In this document: positions 8,044-15,912 of the stretch, one piece after another
Layout: each line of letters starts with the position of its first letter
Position numbering within the stretch: the first letter of the stretch is position 1
From: Oscillospiraceae bacterium
Lineage (GTDB): Bacteria; Bacillota; Clostridia; Oscillospirales; Ruminococcaceae
Direction of reading: 5' to 3'
Length of the DNA stretch: 64,000 bases
Assembly: GCA_021200775.1 (NCBI GenBank)
Contig: JAJQGB010000016.1
Span: 191,575-255,574 of the forward strand
Notes under the pieces: generated by a model
Databases searched by the model: none
Seen by the model: only the letters and a program-made list of their open reading frames with translations
What the model was told of the DNA's origin: nothing
Program-made: the position numbers and the translations under genes

Positions 8044-9807
8044 CTATTGCACTTCTACAACAACCCCATCCGTCTCAAACCCACCAGTAAAGCAGATATA
8101 ATCCACTTCGTCTAATGTGACAGTCGTCTCCCAGATGAAGGTTTTGTAGCCGGTGATAATTTTCGAGACACCGTCAACATCTTCACGATAATACTCAATC
8201 TCAGCAGATGCCGTGTGAATCTCCTCGCCACTCTTGGTAACAATAGTCACGTCGTTCGGAGCCCATGAACTATCGGATATGGTATAGTCATAGGTGAATG
8301 TGCACCCGAACTCGCTGATTTCAAGCTCCGAAATGCCCGGGGCATCGGCAGTAAGGCTTAAAGTGTCAATGTTGTTTCGCTCAACATTGAACGTGAAGTC
8401 CCAATCGCCGCTGATAATCGTATCGTCCAATTCGAGATAGTTCGTGTGGAGGTTCCCGAGCTCCAATGTGCAGTCAAGAGCTGTTGCGTCAGGGTCGGTG
8501 AGTGTATACTCGTTTCTGAGAAGAACGTAGTAAACTCCGTCCTCGTCGCTTTCCATAGTGATGTATTCAACAGAAGAAATGGAAGCCCCGTCTGCGACAA
8601 GCTGGCAATCTCCGAAGTTCATGTTTTCGCATGAGCCTTCGATAACATCGCTCTCAACCCTGAGAAGCAGGTATATATTGCTTTCGTCAGCCACAGTCTT
8701 TTCAACCGTGACGGTCACATCGCCGTCGGTGACACTTGACGCTTCGACATTTACAGGGATATCGGTATAGCCGATTCGGATATAGGCTACATTATCGGGA
8801 TTTATCGCCGATGACCAGATATATCTCCAGGTTATTGTGGGCTGACCAAGTGCCGATTCCGTCATTCCTCCATATGTTGGCTTAATCATAGTGCCGTCCT
8901 TCATGACGACATATATTGAGTCGAAGCCACCATCGTATTCGGTGTCTATATAGTACTTATCAACATCCACACCGTCGGGAAGAATAGCAGTATCGTTGTC
9001 ATAGGTGACATACATTGCGCCTTCACGGAGGGAAATAGCGATTACATCACGGGTGATTACATCGTATCTTATCTCTGTTATTACATCTGTAGTAGCCGCT
9101 GCCGCCCAGTCCATGTATCTCATACTAACACTGACGGTTACCGACTCGCCCTCGGGGATAATGTCGATAGCAGTCTCCGGAACTCTGTCCAAAGTAAAGT
9201 CAAATGTCCATGACATGGCATTATCATCGTCAGGGTTGATTACTTCCAAAGTAACATCAACTTCGGTTGCATCCGGCTCACCGATATAGTCATATACAAA
9301 ATCTATTACGTAGTAGGTAGCACCATCGTCATGGATGCCGTCATATGCAACTCCGCATGAATGTTTTTCTGCGAATATTCCGTAGAGATTGACGTCGTAA
9401 TTCAACAGCGGTTGCCTTTCTTCACTGCCCTCAATCCTGAGGAGAATGTATATGCGCTCATCAGTAAAGGTTGCCGAATCAACTGTGATAGTCATGTTGC
9501 TCGCACTTTCGCTTGCGCCGATGTACTGTGCCGAATCCTGAATCTGCTCATATTGCTCTTCACTCATTTCTCTGCCGGAAATAAGCTCCTGCTGGGTTCT
9601 GAGCCAATCGCTGATGCCTTCATTTGAAACCAGGACTCCCGCACCCATCATAAACACGCAAACCACCGCCGCCACTGCAACTGCCACCAGTCTCGAGTGC
9701 CTGATTCCGTGCTTTTCTGCCTTGTACTCCGCCGCTTCCGTAAGATACTTTTCATCCACCATATCAATGGCAGTCGAGAGTTTCTCTGCATTTTCGTATT
9801 TGTTCAT
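8044..9807 (-). CDS. anti-sigma factor-like membrane protein with two DUF4179-like extracellular modules
   Basis: Its start overlaps the sigma gene stop (ATGA). One TM segment (LVAVAVAAVVCVFMMGAGVLV). An internally duplicated module (ITVDSATFTDERIYILLRIEG / VTVEKTVADESNIYLLLRVES). Confidence 0.65.
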   Translation of the reverse strand: MNKYENAEKLSTAIDMVDEKYLTEAAEYKAEKHGIRHSRLVAVAVAAVVCVFMMGAGVLVSNEGISDWLRTQQELISGREMSEEQYEQIQDSAQYIGASESASNMTITVDSATFTDERIYILLRIEGSEERQPLLNYDVNLYGIFAEKHSCGVAYDGIHDDGATYYVIDFVYDYIGEPDATEVDVTLEVINPDDDNAMSWTFDFTLDRVPETAIDIIPEGESVTVSVSMRYMDWAAAATTDVITEIRYDVITRDVIAISLREGAMYVTYDNDTAILPDGVDVDKYYIDTEYDGGFDSIYVVMKDGTMIKPTYGGMTESALGQPTITWRYIWSSAINPDNVAYIRIGYTDIPVNVEASSVTDGDVTVTVEKTVADESNIYLLLRVESDVIEGSCENMNFGDCQLVADGASISSVEYITMESDEDGVYYVLLRNEYTLTDPDATALDCTLELGNLHTNYLELDDTIISGDWDFTFNVERNNIDTLSLTADAPGISELEISEFGCTFTYDYTISDSSWAPNDVTIVTKSGEEIHTASAEIEYYREDVDGVSKIITGYKTFIWETTVTLDEVDYICFTGGFETDGVVVEVQ

Positions 9808-10361
9808 TCAAAAAATCTCCTTTCGCTCAAATAGTCTTTCAGCTTTTTCCGGAGCCTCACGAGCCTTACCGAGACCGTCTTTTCCGTCAGTCCGGTGAGT
9901 TTTGCTATGTCCCTGAGGCTGTCCGAGAACCAGTAGCGCCGTAGGAAGATGACCCGGTTTTCAGCCGTAAGCGTTTCAAGGAAGCTGTCGACCGCTTCTG
10001 AAAGCTCTTTGAAGTCAAGCTCCGCTTCGACACTCGAATTTCCGGGAAGGCACTCTTCGAGTTCTGTAAGAGCCACCTGATAGAAGCTGTCCCGCTTCTG
10101 AGCGCTTCTGTATCTCAGGATTTTCAGTGACTGGTTTTTCGCAATTCTAAGGACATATGCAAGCAGGTTCTCCGGCTTTTCGGGAGGAACTCTGTTCCAG
10201 ACCGCAAGGTATGTATCATTGACTGCCTCGCTTGCGTCCTCTACGCTCCCGAGGACGTTTTTCGATACACTCCTGCAAAGACTGCCGTATTTCCGGTCAA
10301 GCTCCGAAATCGCCGTCTCCGACCGCTCAAAGAACAGCCCGATAATCTTCTCGTCTTCCAT
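9804..10361 (-). CDS. ECF-type sigma-70 family RNA polymerase sigma factor
   Basis: MEDEKIIGLFFERSETAISELDRKYG...DTYLAVW (region 2) and LRDIAKLTGLTEKTVSVRLVRLRKKL (region 4). I prefer the start at 10361, behind AGGAGG. Confidence 0.85.
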   Translation of the reverse strand: MEDEKIIGLFFERSETAISELDRKYGSLCRSVSKNVLGSVEDASEAVNDTYLAVWNRVPPEKPENLLAYVLRIAKNQSLKILRYRSAQKRDSFYQVALTELEECLPGNSSVEAELDFKELSEAVDSFLETLTAENRVIFLRRYWFSDSLRDIAKLTGLTEKTVSVRLVRLRKKLKDYLSERRFFE

Positions 10362-10432
10362 CTCAATTCCTCCTTTCACTATTACAGTACCCGAATTTTT
10401 GCGGATACTACGCCCCAGCGAAAGATTTTTTC

Positions 10433-10463
10433 AAAAAAGTGCCTCCCGTTTTTCATGGGAGGC
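10433..10463 (-). terminator. intrinsic terminator after the ABC exporter gene
   Basis: Stem GCCTCCC / GGGAGGC. On the minus strand it is followed by ACTTTTTT. Confidence 0.7.
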
Positions 10464-10471
10464 GTTTAAGT

Positions 10472-12079
10472 TTAAAGAGCAATCTGCTTGTTCACGGCAA
10501 CCGTGCCGTCGTCAATGTGCGAAATTCTGAAAATAATGTGATTCGCCCGGTCTTTATAGATAGTGTCAAGGAGCTCTCCCGCAAATTCACGGGTTCCGGC
10601 ATCAAGCGCATTTTCGAGCTCGTCTAAGATTATAACCGACGAGCCCTGCCACCTGAGAATAAGATTTATCAGCATGAGCTTCTTTCTCTGTCCACCCGAA
10701 AGGTTCTTGCCGCCCATTTCGATGTCCGGCAAATCTTCGGGGAGGTCAACCTCCGCAAGAAGATTCGAAAAGTCCTCGTCCGAAAGCTCAACCCCGGTAA
10801 TCTCTTCGATATAATTCTTCGCACTGTCGTTGAGCAAAATCTCGTCCTGACTGATGTATAAGATATGCTTGTAGAGACTTTCCCGCCTGATTTCTTCGGC
10901 AGGCATCCCGTTCACAAGAAGCTCGCCGTCGGTGGGTTTGAGTAAGTTCACGAGAAGCTTGACATAGGTCGACTTTCCGCTACCATTAGCACCTGATAGC
11001 CGCACGATATCGCCCTTCTCAAATACCTGCGACTGATTCCTGATGACATAATCGTCACCGCCGTTGTAGGAAAACGATACGTTTTTGAGTTCGATTTTGT
11101 CGATGCCCGAAATCTCTTTGTCACCGTCTTCCTGATTCGTCTCGAAAATCTTACCCACGTTCCCGAACGCCGGCGCCATCCTCATCACCATATAAACAGC
11201 TGTTTCAAGATTCGAGCTGTAGGAAATAATCTTCTGCGTCGCAAAGAGGAAGAACGCAAGGCTTCCGGCGTCGCTTCCATTGACAGTCATGCTTAAAAAC
11301 GCCGCAACGCCGAGGTAAATAAGCTGATAGTAATTTGTGCTGAGAGTATTCAGTCCGACCATCACAGCATCAGCGTCAAGAGAAGCATTTATGAATCCCC
11401 AAAGGCTCCTTTTCTGCCTTTCCACAAAATAGTCGCCCAGGGAATGAGTCTTGACAAGTTCTATTGAATCTACAAAATCGTTAAGCTCATTGTGGTCCGC
11501 CTTCATCATCTGATTTACTCCGGCTGAACGCTTCATGATGAGCCTTCTTGAAAACCACGAAATCGCAAACCCGACAATCGCCGCCACGAGCAGAAACACA
11601 GCTAACTTTGCGTTTACAAACGCCGAGACCACTAAAAACGATATGAGAAGCACTAAATTCAGGAGTATGTACCCGATATAGTTCCCAACAATTCTGAAAA
11701 CGTCGAGGACGTCAGAATAAAAGATGTGCTTCAGCTTGTCCTTGCCGATTGAGATAAGCGACTGGTAGTCTGCCTTTTCGACAGCTCTGTACATGTCCGT
11801 CCTCATCGCTTCGAGGAACGCTCCGCCAAGCCTGTCCTGCGCCCGGTATTTTCCTATCGAGAGCAGGCAGTCGAGCAGTAACAGCACTAAGAATCCACCG
11901 AGAGCCAGCAAAAGAAACGCCATCGTCCCTCTGATTTCCGCCTCCGAAATAATCCTGCTCATAAGCACCGTCAAAGACGCCTCCAGCGCCGTTATCGCCA
12001 ATACATAGACAATAACCACCGCAAATTGCTTCTTCGCCTGCGGAAGATACTTTTTGATGGTTTCAAATACGGTTTTCAT
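10472..12079 (-). CDS. ABC exporter, fused permease/ATPase
   Basis: N-terminal 6-TM-like region. Walker A GANGSGKST, signature LSGGQRKK, Walker B IILDE. Its start overlaps the radical SAM stop (ATGA). Confidence 0.8.
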   Translation of the reverse strand: MKTVFETIKKYLPQAKKQFAVVIVYVLAITALEASLTVLMSRIISEAEIRGTMAFLLLALGGFLVLLLLDCLLSIGKYRAQDRLGGAFLEAMRTDMYRAVEKADYQSLISIGKDKLKHIFYSDVLDVFRIVGNYIGYILLNLVLLISFLVVSAFVNAKLAVFLLVAAIVGFAISWFSRRLIMKRSAGVNQMMKADHNELNDFVDSIELVKTHSLGDYFVERQKRSLWGFINASLDADAVMVGLNTLSTNYYQLIYLGVAAFLSMTVNGSDAGSLAFFLFATQKIISYSSNLETAVYMVMRMAPAFGNVGKIFETNQEDGDKEISGIDKIELKNVSFSYNGGDDYVIRNQSQVFEKGDIVRLSGANGSGKSTYVKLLVNLLKPTDGELLVNGMPAEEIRRESLYKHILYISQDEILLNDSAKNYIEEITGVELSDEDFSNLLAEVDLPEDLPDIEMGGKNLSGGQRKKLMLINLILRWQGSSVIILDELENALDAGTREFAGELLDTIYKDRANHIIFRISHIDDGTVAVNKQIAL

Positions 12080-12993
12080 TTTCGTTCCTCCTCATCCTTG
12101 CTCCCAAAAAACTCCGGTACGAAGCACTCGTCAGACGAATCCCGTTCCTGCGAGTACCCGTCAAACCCCAAGTTCCGGGCATAATCAAGCACGCTGTTAT
12201 ATTCAAACGTCGAAACCCGACGGTTGATTTTTCTGAATCTCTCCTCGGTCGTCGCCCGATACATCGGCACATACTGGCACATGAGGCTCAGAAGTATCTC
12301 ATCCGGCTCGAAAGCTTCACGAAGAGACTTCAGAACCGCCATCGAGTCCTGCCTGAGTGTCGGGAGCACCATATGCCTGACAATCACGCCTTTTAAAAGC
12401 TTGCCACGGTCATCAAAAACCGGCTTCCCGACCTGCTTCTGCATCTCCTTGACAGCCGAAATCGCCGTCTCAAAATAGCTTCCCGGACAGCCAGAAAACT
12501 CTTTTGCGTACTCATCCGAAAAGTACTTCACGTCCGGCAGATAGATGTCGACATAGCCTTCAAGCGCCGTAATCGTTTCAACACTCTCAAACCCTCCGCA
12601 GTTGTAAACTAAGGGGATTTTCAGCTTGCCCCGAACAATATCGAGCGCCTCAATAACCGATGGCACAAACGGTGTCGGGCTCACTAAATTGATATTTTCG
12701 GCACCATCATCCTGAAGCCTGAGAAAAATCTCCGCAAGTTCATTTGTGGTGATGTTATAGCCCTTGCCTTCGTATGAAATCTCGTGGTTCTGGCAAAAAC
12801 AGCACCGAAGGGTACAGCCGGAGAAGAAGACGGCACCCGAACCGTTGCCAATGGAAATACACGGCTCTTCCCAAAGGTGGAGAGCCGCTCTTGCAATTCT
12901 TATCTTGTCGCTCTGCCCGCAGAAGCCGACGGCTTCCTGCCGATTCACAAGGCACCTTCTCGGGCAAAGCCCACATTTTTCGTAACCAATCAT
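12076..12993 (-). CDS. radical SAM protein, PflX-like (pyruvate formate-lyase activase homologue, COG1313)
   Basis: CTLRCCFCQN (CX3CX2C) and an N-terminal Cys cluster CGLCPRRC...FCG. 305 aa, with no SPASM-type C-terminal Cys clusters seen. Confidence 0.7.
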   Translation of the reverse strand: MIGYEKCGLCPRRCLVNRQEAVGFCGQSDKIRIARAALHLWEEPCISIGNGSGAVFFSGCTLRCCFCQNHEISYEGKGYNITTNELAEIFLRLQDDGAENINLVSPTPFVPSVIEALDIVRGKLKIPLVYNCGGFESVETITALEGYVDIYLPDVKYFSDEYAKEFSGCPGSYFETAISAVKEMQKQVGKPVFDDRGKLLKGVIVRHMVLPTLRQDSMAVLKSLREAFEPDEILLSLMCQYVPMYRATTEERFRKINRRVSTFEYNSVLDYARNLGFDGYSQERDSSDECFVPEFFGSKDEEERK

Positions 12994-13850
12994 GACGTCA
13001 CTTCTTCGCTTAAAACAGGCTCATACACTCCTACAAACGCATAGTCTGAAAGCTCTTTTGCGGCATTATCAGCCGTTTTTTTGTCCTCAAAGAGCCCATA
13101 AACGCACGAGCCGCTTCCGGTCATGAGACTGTCCGAAGCGCCAAGAGATATAAGCTTTCGCTTGATTTTCTCAATCTCGGGATTCGCAACCGCCTTCTCC
13201 AAGTCGTTCGACAGAAGCCCATGAAAGCTCCCACTGCTTATAACGGCTTCCGAAGAGTTGCCATACGGCAGTTTTTTCTCGTCAAAGAGACGGTAAGCCT
13301 CGGGTGTAGAAATTCCGAAATCAGGCTTCACGAGCAGAACATAGCCGGTCAAGCCGTTTTCAACAGGCGTGATAGCTTCGCCGATGCCCTCACACAACGC
13401 ACAGCCGCCGGTGACCAAAAACGGCACATCGGCACCAATTCCAATGCCGAGTCCTCGCAATTCTTCATAAGATAAATCTGCATTATAAAGCATGTTCAGC
13501 AGGCGTAGAACCGTTGCGGCATCCGAAGAGCCGCCACCCAAGCCTGCCTGAGACGGAATATTCTTTTTAACATGTATATCGACGCCCTCGGTAGCTTTGA
13601 TATATCTGAGAAATTCCACTGCCGCTTTTTCGCAAGTGTTATCTTCATCAAGTGGCATACTGTCAGCAAATTCTCCGCCGTCAGAATACACCCAGATATC
13701 TCCGAAGTTGTTTTTCTCAACCGAAATCTCGTCATAAAGCGAAATCGTCTGCATAACGGACGCAATCGAGTGATAGCTGTTTTTAAGAATCCCCGTAACG
13801 TCAAGTGTGAGATTAATCTTGGCATAAGCTCTGCCGCTAATCATTTCCAT
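12990..13850 (-). CDS. ispE: 4-diphosphocytidyl-2-C-methyl-D-erythritol kinase
   Basis: AYAKINLTLDV..., the GHMP kinase motif PSQAGLGGGSSDAA, and 286 aa. Confidence 0.9.
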   Translation of the reverse strand: MEMISGRAYAKINLTLDVTGILKNSYHSIASVMQTISLYDEISVEKNNFGDIWVYSDGGEFADSMPLDEDNTCEKAAVEFLRYIKATEGVDIHVKKNIPSQAGLGGGSSDAATVLRLLNMLYNADLSYEELRGLGIGIGADVPFLVTGGCALCEGIGEAITPVENGLTGYVLLVKPDFGISTPEAYRLFDEKKLPYGNSSEAVISSGSFHGLLSNDLEKAVANPEIEKIKRKLISLGASDSLMTGSGSCVYGLFEDKKTADNAAKELSDYAFVGVYEPVLSEEVTS

Positions 13851-15015
13851 TCCTCAGTTCGTCAAGAAACTCTTTTATCCTCGAAACTGCTTCCATCAGG
13901 TGTCTAAGCGAGTAGGCATAGGAAACCCTTATGTAGCCCTCGCCGCAGTCTCCGAAAGAATTTCCAGGAATAACCGCAACACGCTTGCTGTGAAGAAGCT
14001 TGTCGCAGAATTCATCGCTTGTCATCCCTGTCGACTTGATGGAAGGGAAGACATAGAACGCACCTTCCGGCGTGAAGCAGTCGAGTCCGAGCTCGTTGAA
14101 AGCGTTGACGAGATATCTTCTTCTTATATCGTACTCCGATACCATGTGCTTGACGTCGTTTTCGGAGTTCGTAAGAGCTTCGATGGCGGCGTACTGGCTG
14201 ATAGTCGGTGAAGACATAATGCCGAACTGGTGAATTTTCAAAGCCTGCACGGTAATCTCGTGCGGAGCACACATATATCCGAGTCGCCAGCCGGTCATCG
14301 CAAACGCCTTCGAGAAGCCGTTTACGTAGATGGTTCTTTCCTTCATGCCTTCAAGCGAAATAATCGAAAAGTGCTTCTTGCCATAGGTCAGCTCGCTGTA
14401 GATCTCGTCCGTGAGAACCGCAATATTTGTGCCTTTAAGGACTTCCGCAATCTTTTCCAAGTCTTCACGTTCCATAATTGCTCCCGTCGGGTTGTTCGGA
14501 TAGGGGAGAATAAGAAGCTTCGTCTTGTCGGTAATGGCGGCTTTTAGTTCCTCAGCAGTCAGCTTGAAGCTGTCTTCGGCTTTCGTCTCGATGATAACCG
14601 GAGTACCGCCAGTGAGTTCGACAATCGGCTTGTAGCATACAAACGAAGGCTCCGGAATGATAACCTCGTCGCCTTGTTCTACAATAGCCCTGATAGTCAG
14701 GTCAATAGCCTCCGAGCCGCCGACAGTTACAATAATCTCGCTTGCCGGGTCATAGGTGACACCGGTGTGCTTCTCAGTGTATTCGCTGATAGCTTTTCGA
14801 AGGTTCATGAGTCCTGAATTGGCAGTATAGAAGGTCTTGCCACGTTCAAGTGCTACAATCGCTTCACGCCTTATCTGCCAGGGAGTGTGAAAGTCCGGTT
14901 CGCCGACGCCGAGGGAGATAACGTCGTCCATCGTTGCGGCAACGTCAAAATACTTTCTTATTCCGGAGGGCTTTATCTCAGCGGCTTTTTTGCCGATGAG
15001 CTTTTCGTAGTCCAT
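13837..15015 (-). CDS. PLP-dependent aminotransferase, class I/II (aspartate aminotransferase-like)
   Basis: LGVGEPDFHTP, NPTGA and the SKAFAMTGWRLGY Lys motif. 392 aa. Confidence 0.85.
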   Translation of the reverse strand: MDYEKLIGKKAAEIKPSGIRKYFDVAATMDDVISLGVGEPDFHTPWQIRREAIVALERGKTFYTANSGLMNLRKAISEYTEKHTGVTYDPASEIIVTVGGSEAIDLTIRAIVEQGDEVIIPEPSFVCYKPIVELTGGTPVIIETKAEDSFKLTAEELKAAITDKTKLLILPYPNNPTGAIMEREDLEKIAEVLKGTNIAVLTDEIYSELTYGKKHFSIISLEGMKERTIYVNGFSKAFAMTGWRLGYMCAPHEITVQALKIHQFGIMSSPTISQYAAIEALTNSENDVKHMVSEYDIRRRYLVNAFNELGLDCFTPEGAFYVFPSIKSTGMTSDEFCDKLLHSKRVAVIPGNSFGDCGEGYIRVSYAYSLRHLMEAVSRIKEFLDELRNGND

Positions 15016-15488
15016 CAGTCCAGCCCTCTTTCGTCACGCTCAAAATCGGCAAGCAGTATGCCGTTTTCCTTGTATTTCTGAAGGAAGAAATGCGTTGAAG
15101 TCGAGACAACCCCGTCAATGGTTGCAAGCCGCTGTGCCACGAAGTTAGAGACATCTCTTATATTCTTACACCTGACCGTAACAGCCAGATCATATCCACC
15201 CGACATGAGGGAAACGCTTTCGACCTCCTCATACTGCGAGATATATCCCGCAATTTCGTCGTAACCGACCTGAGCCTTCGGGGTGACGGAAAGCTCGATA
15301 TATGCCGTAACGCTGTCCTTGTTGACGACATCGTCGTCCATAATGGTGGAATAGCCCTTTATAACACCGGTTCTTTCAAGTTCTGAGATGTCGTGAGCGA
15401 CTTCCTCTTCGGTTCTGCCCAAGAGTGTTGCGAGCTCCTTGTTTGAAAGACGAGCGTTTGTTTTAAGTAAACTTAATAGCTTAGTCAT
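15015..15488 (-). CDS. Lrp/AsnC family transcriptional regulator
   Basis: MTKLLSLLKTNARLSNKELATLLGRTEEEV HTH followed by an RAM-like C-terminus. The internal start at 15488 is preferred over 15536. Confidence 0.8.
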   Translation of the reverse strand: MTKLLSLLKTNARLSNKELATLLGRTEEEVAHDISELERTGVIKGYSTIMDDDVVNKDSVTAYIELSVTPKAQVGYDEIAGYISQYEEVESVSLMSGGYDLAVTVRCKNIRDVSNFVAQRLATIDGVVSTSTHFFLQKYKENGILLADFERDERGLD

Positions 15489-15608
15489 AATATCACTGCC
15501 TTTTTTAAAAAGTGTATTTAGGTATAAGTTTAGCATATTGCAAGTGATAAGTCAATCATACCAGAAGCGAAAAAGCGTTTAAAATCGCAAATTTAAGCGA
15601 AAAAGTCC

Positions 15609-15637
15609 TTGACAATATCGCCTGCACGGTGTATAAT
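15609..15637 (+). promoter_or_regulatory. promoter of the leader ORF / ABC-DUF1854-ABC cluster
   Basis: TTGACA (15609-15614), 17 nt, TATAAT (15632-15637). Confidence 0.65.
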
Positions 15638-15696
15638 GTAGAACTTGTGAGACATGAATGTGTCATGCCTTAATTACTGTGAAAGGAGCGGGAACA

Positions 15697-15807
15697 ATGC
15701 GTTTAGACAATTACTATGCATTAGAGCAGGAATTTAAGATACCTCTGAGTATGCGAATTGTGCAATCCCGATTCCTTGAAAACCGACGGTTCGGTTTTAG
15801 CGGATGA
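15697..15807 (+). CDS. 36-codon leader/small ORF (MRLDNYYALEQEFKIPLSMRIVQSRFLENRRFGFSG)
   Basis: RBS GAAAGGAGCGG lies 6-7 nt upstream of the ATG. It is below the ORF-track size cut-off. It is bracketed by a consensus promoter and a terminator hairpin. Confidence 0.4.
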   Translation: MRLDNYYALEQEFKIPLSMRIVQSRFLENRRFGFSG

Positions 15808-15812
15808 ATAAG

Positions 15813-15848
15813 TGCCTTCGATACTTCATGTATCGAGGGCTGTTTTAT
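15813..15848 (+). terminator. intrinsic terminator / attenuator hairpin after the leader ORF
   Basis: 11-bp stem GCCTTCGATAC / GTATCGAGGGC, loop TTCAT, then TGTTTTATT. A second 8-bp hairpin AAAACCGA/TCGGTTTT sits inside the ORF 3' end (about 15778-15797). Confidence 0.6.
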
Positions 15849-15912
15849 TATAGATTGTCTTAACAAGTATGTATTTTATGACATGTTTTGGATATATCAG
15901 GAAGGTGATTTT

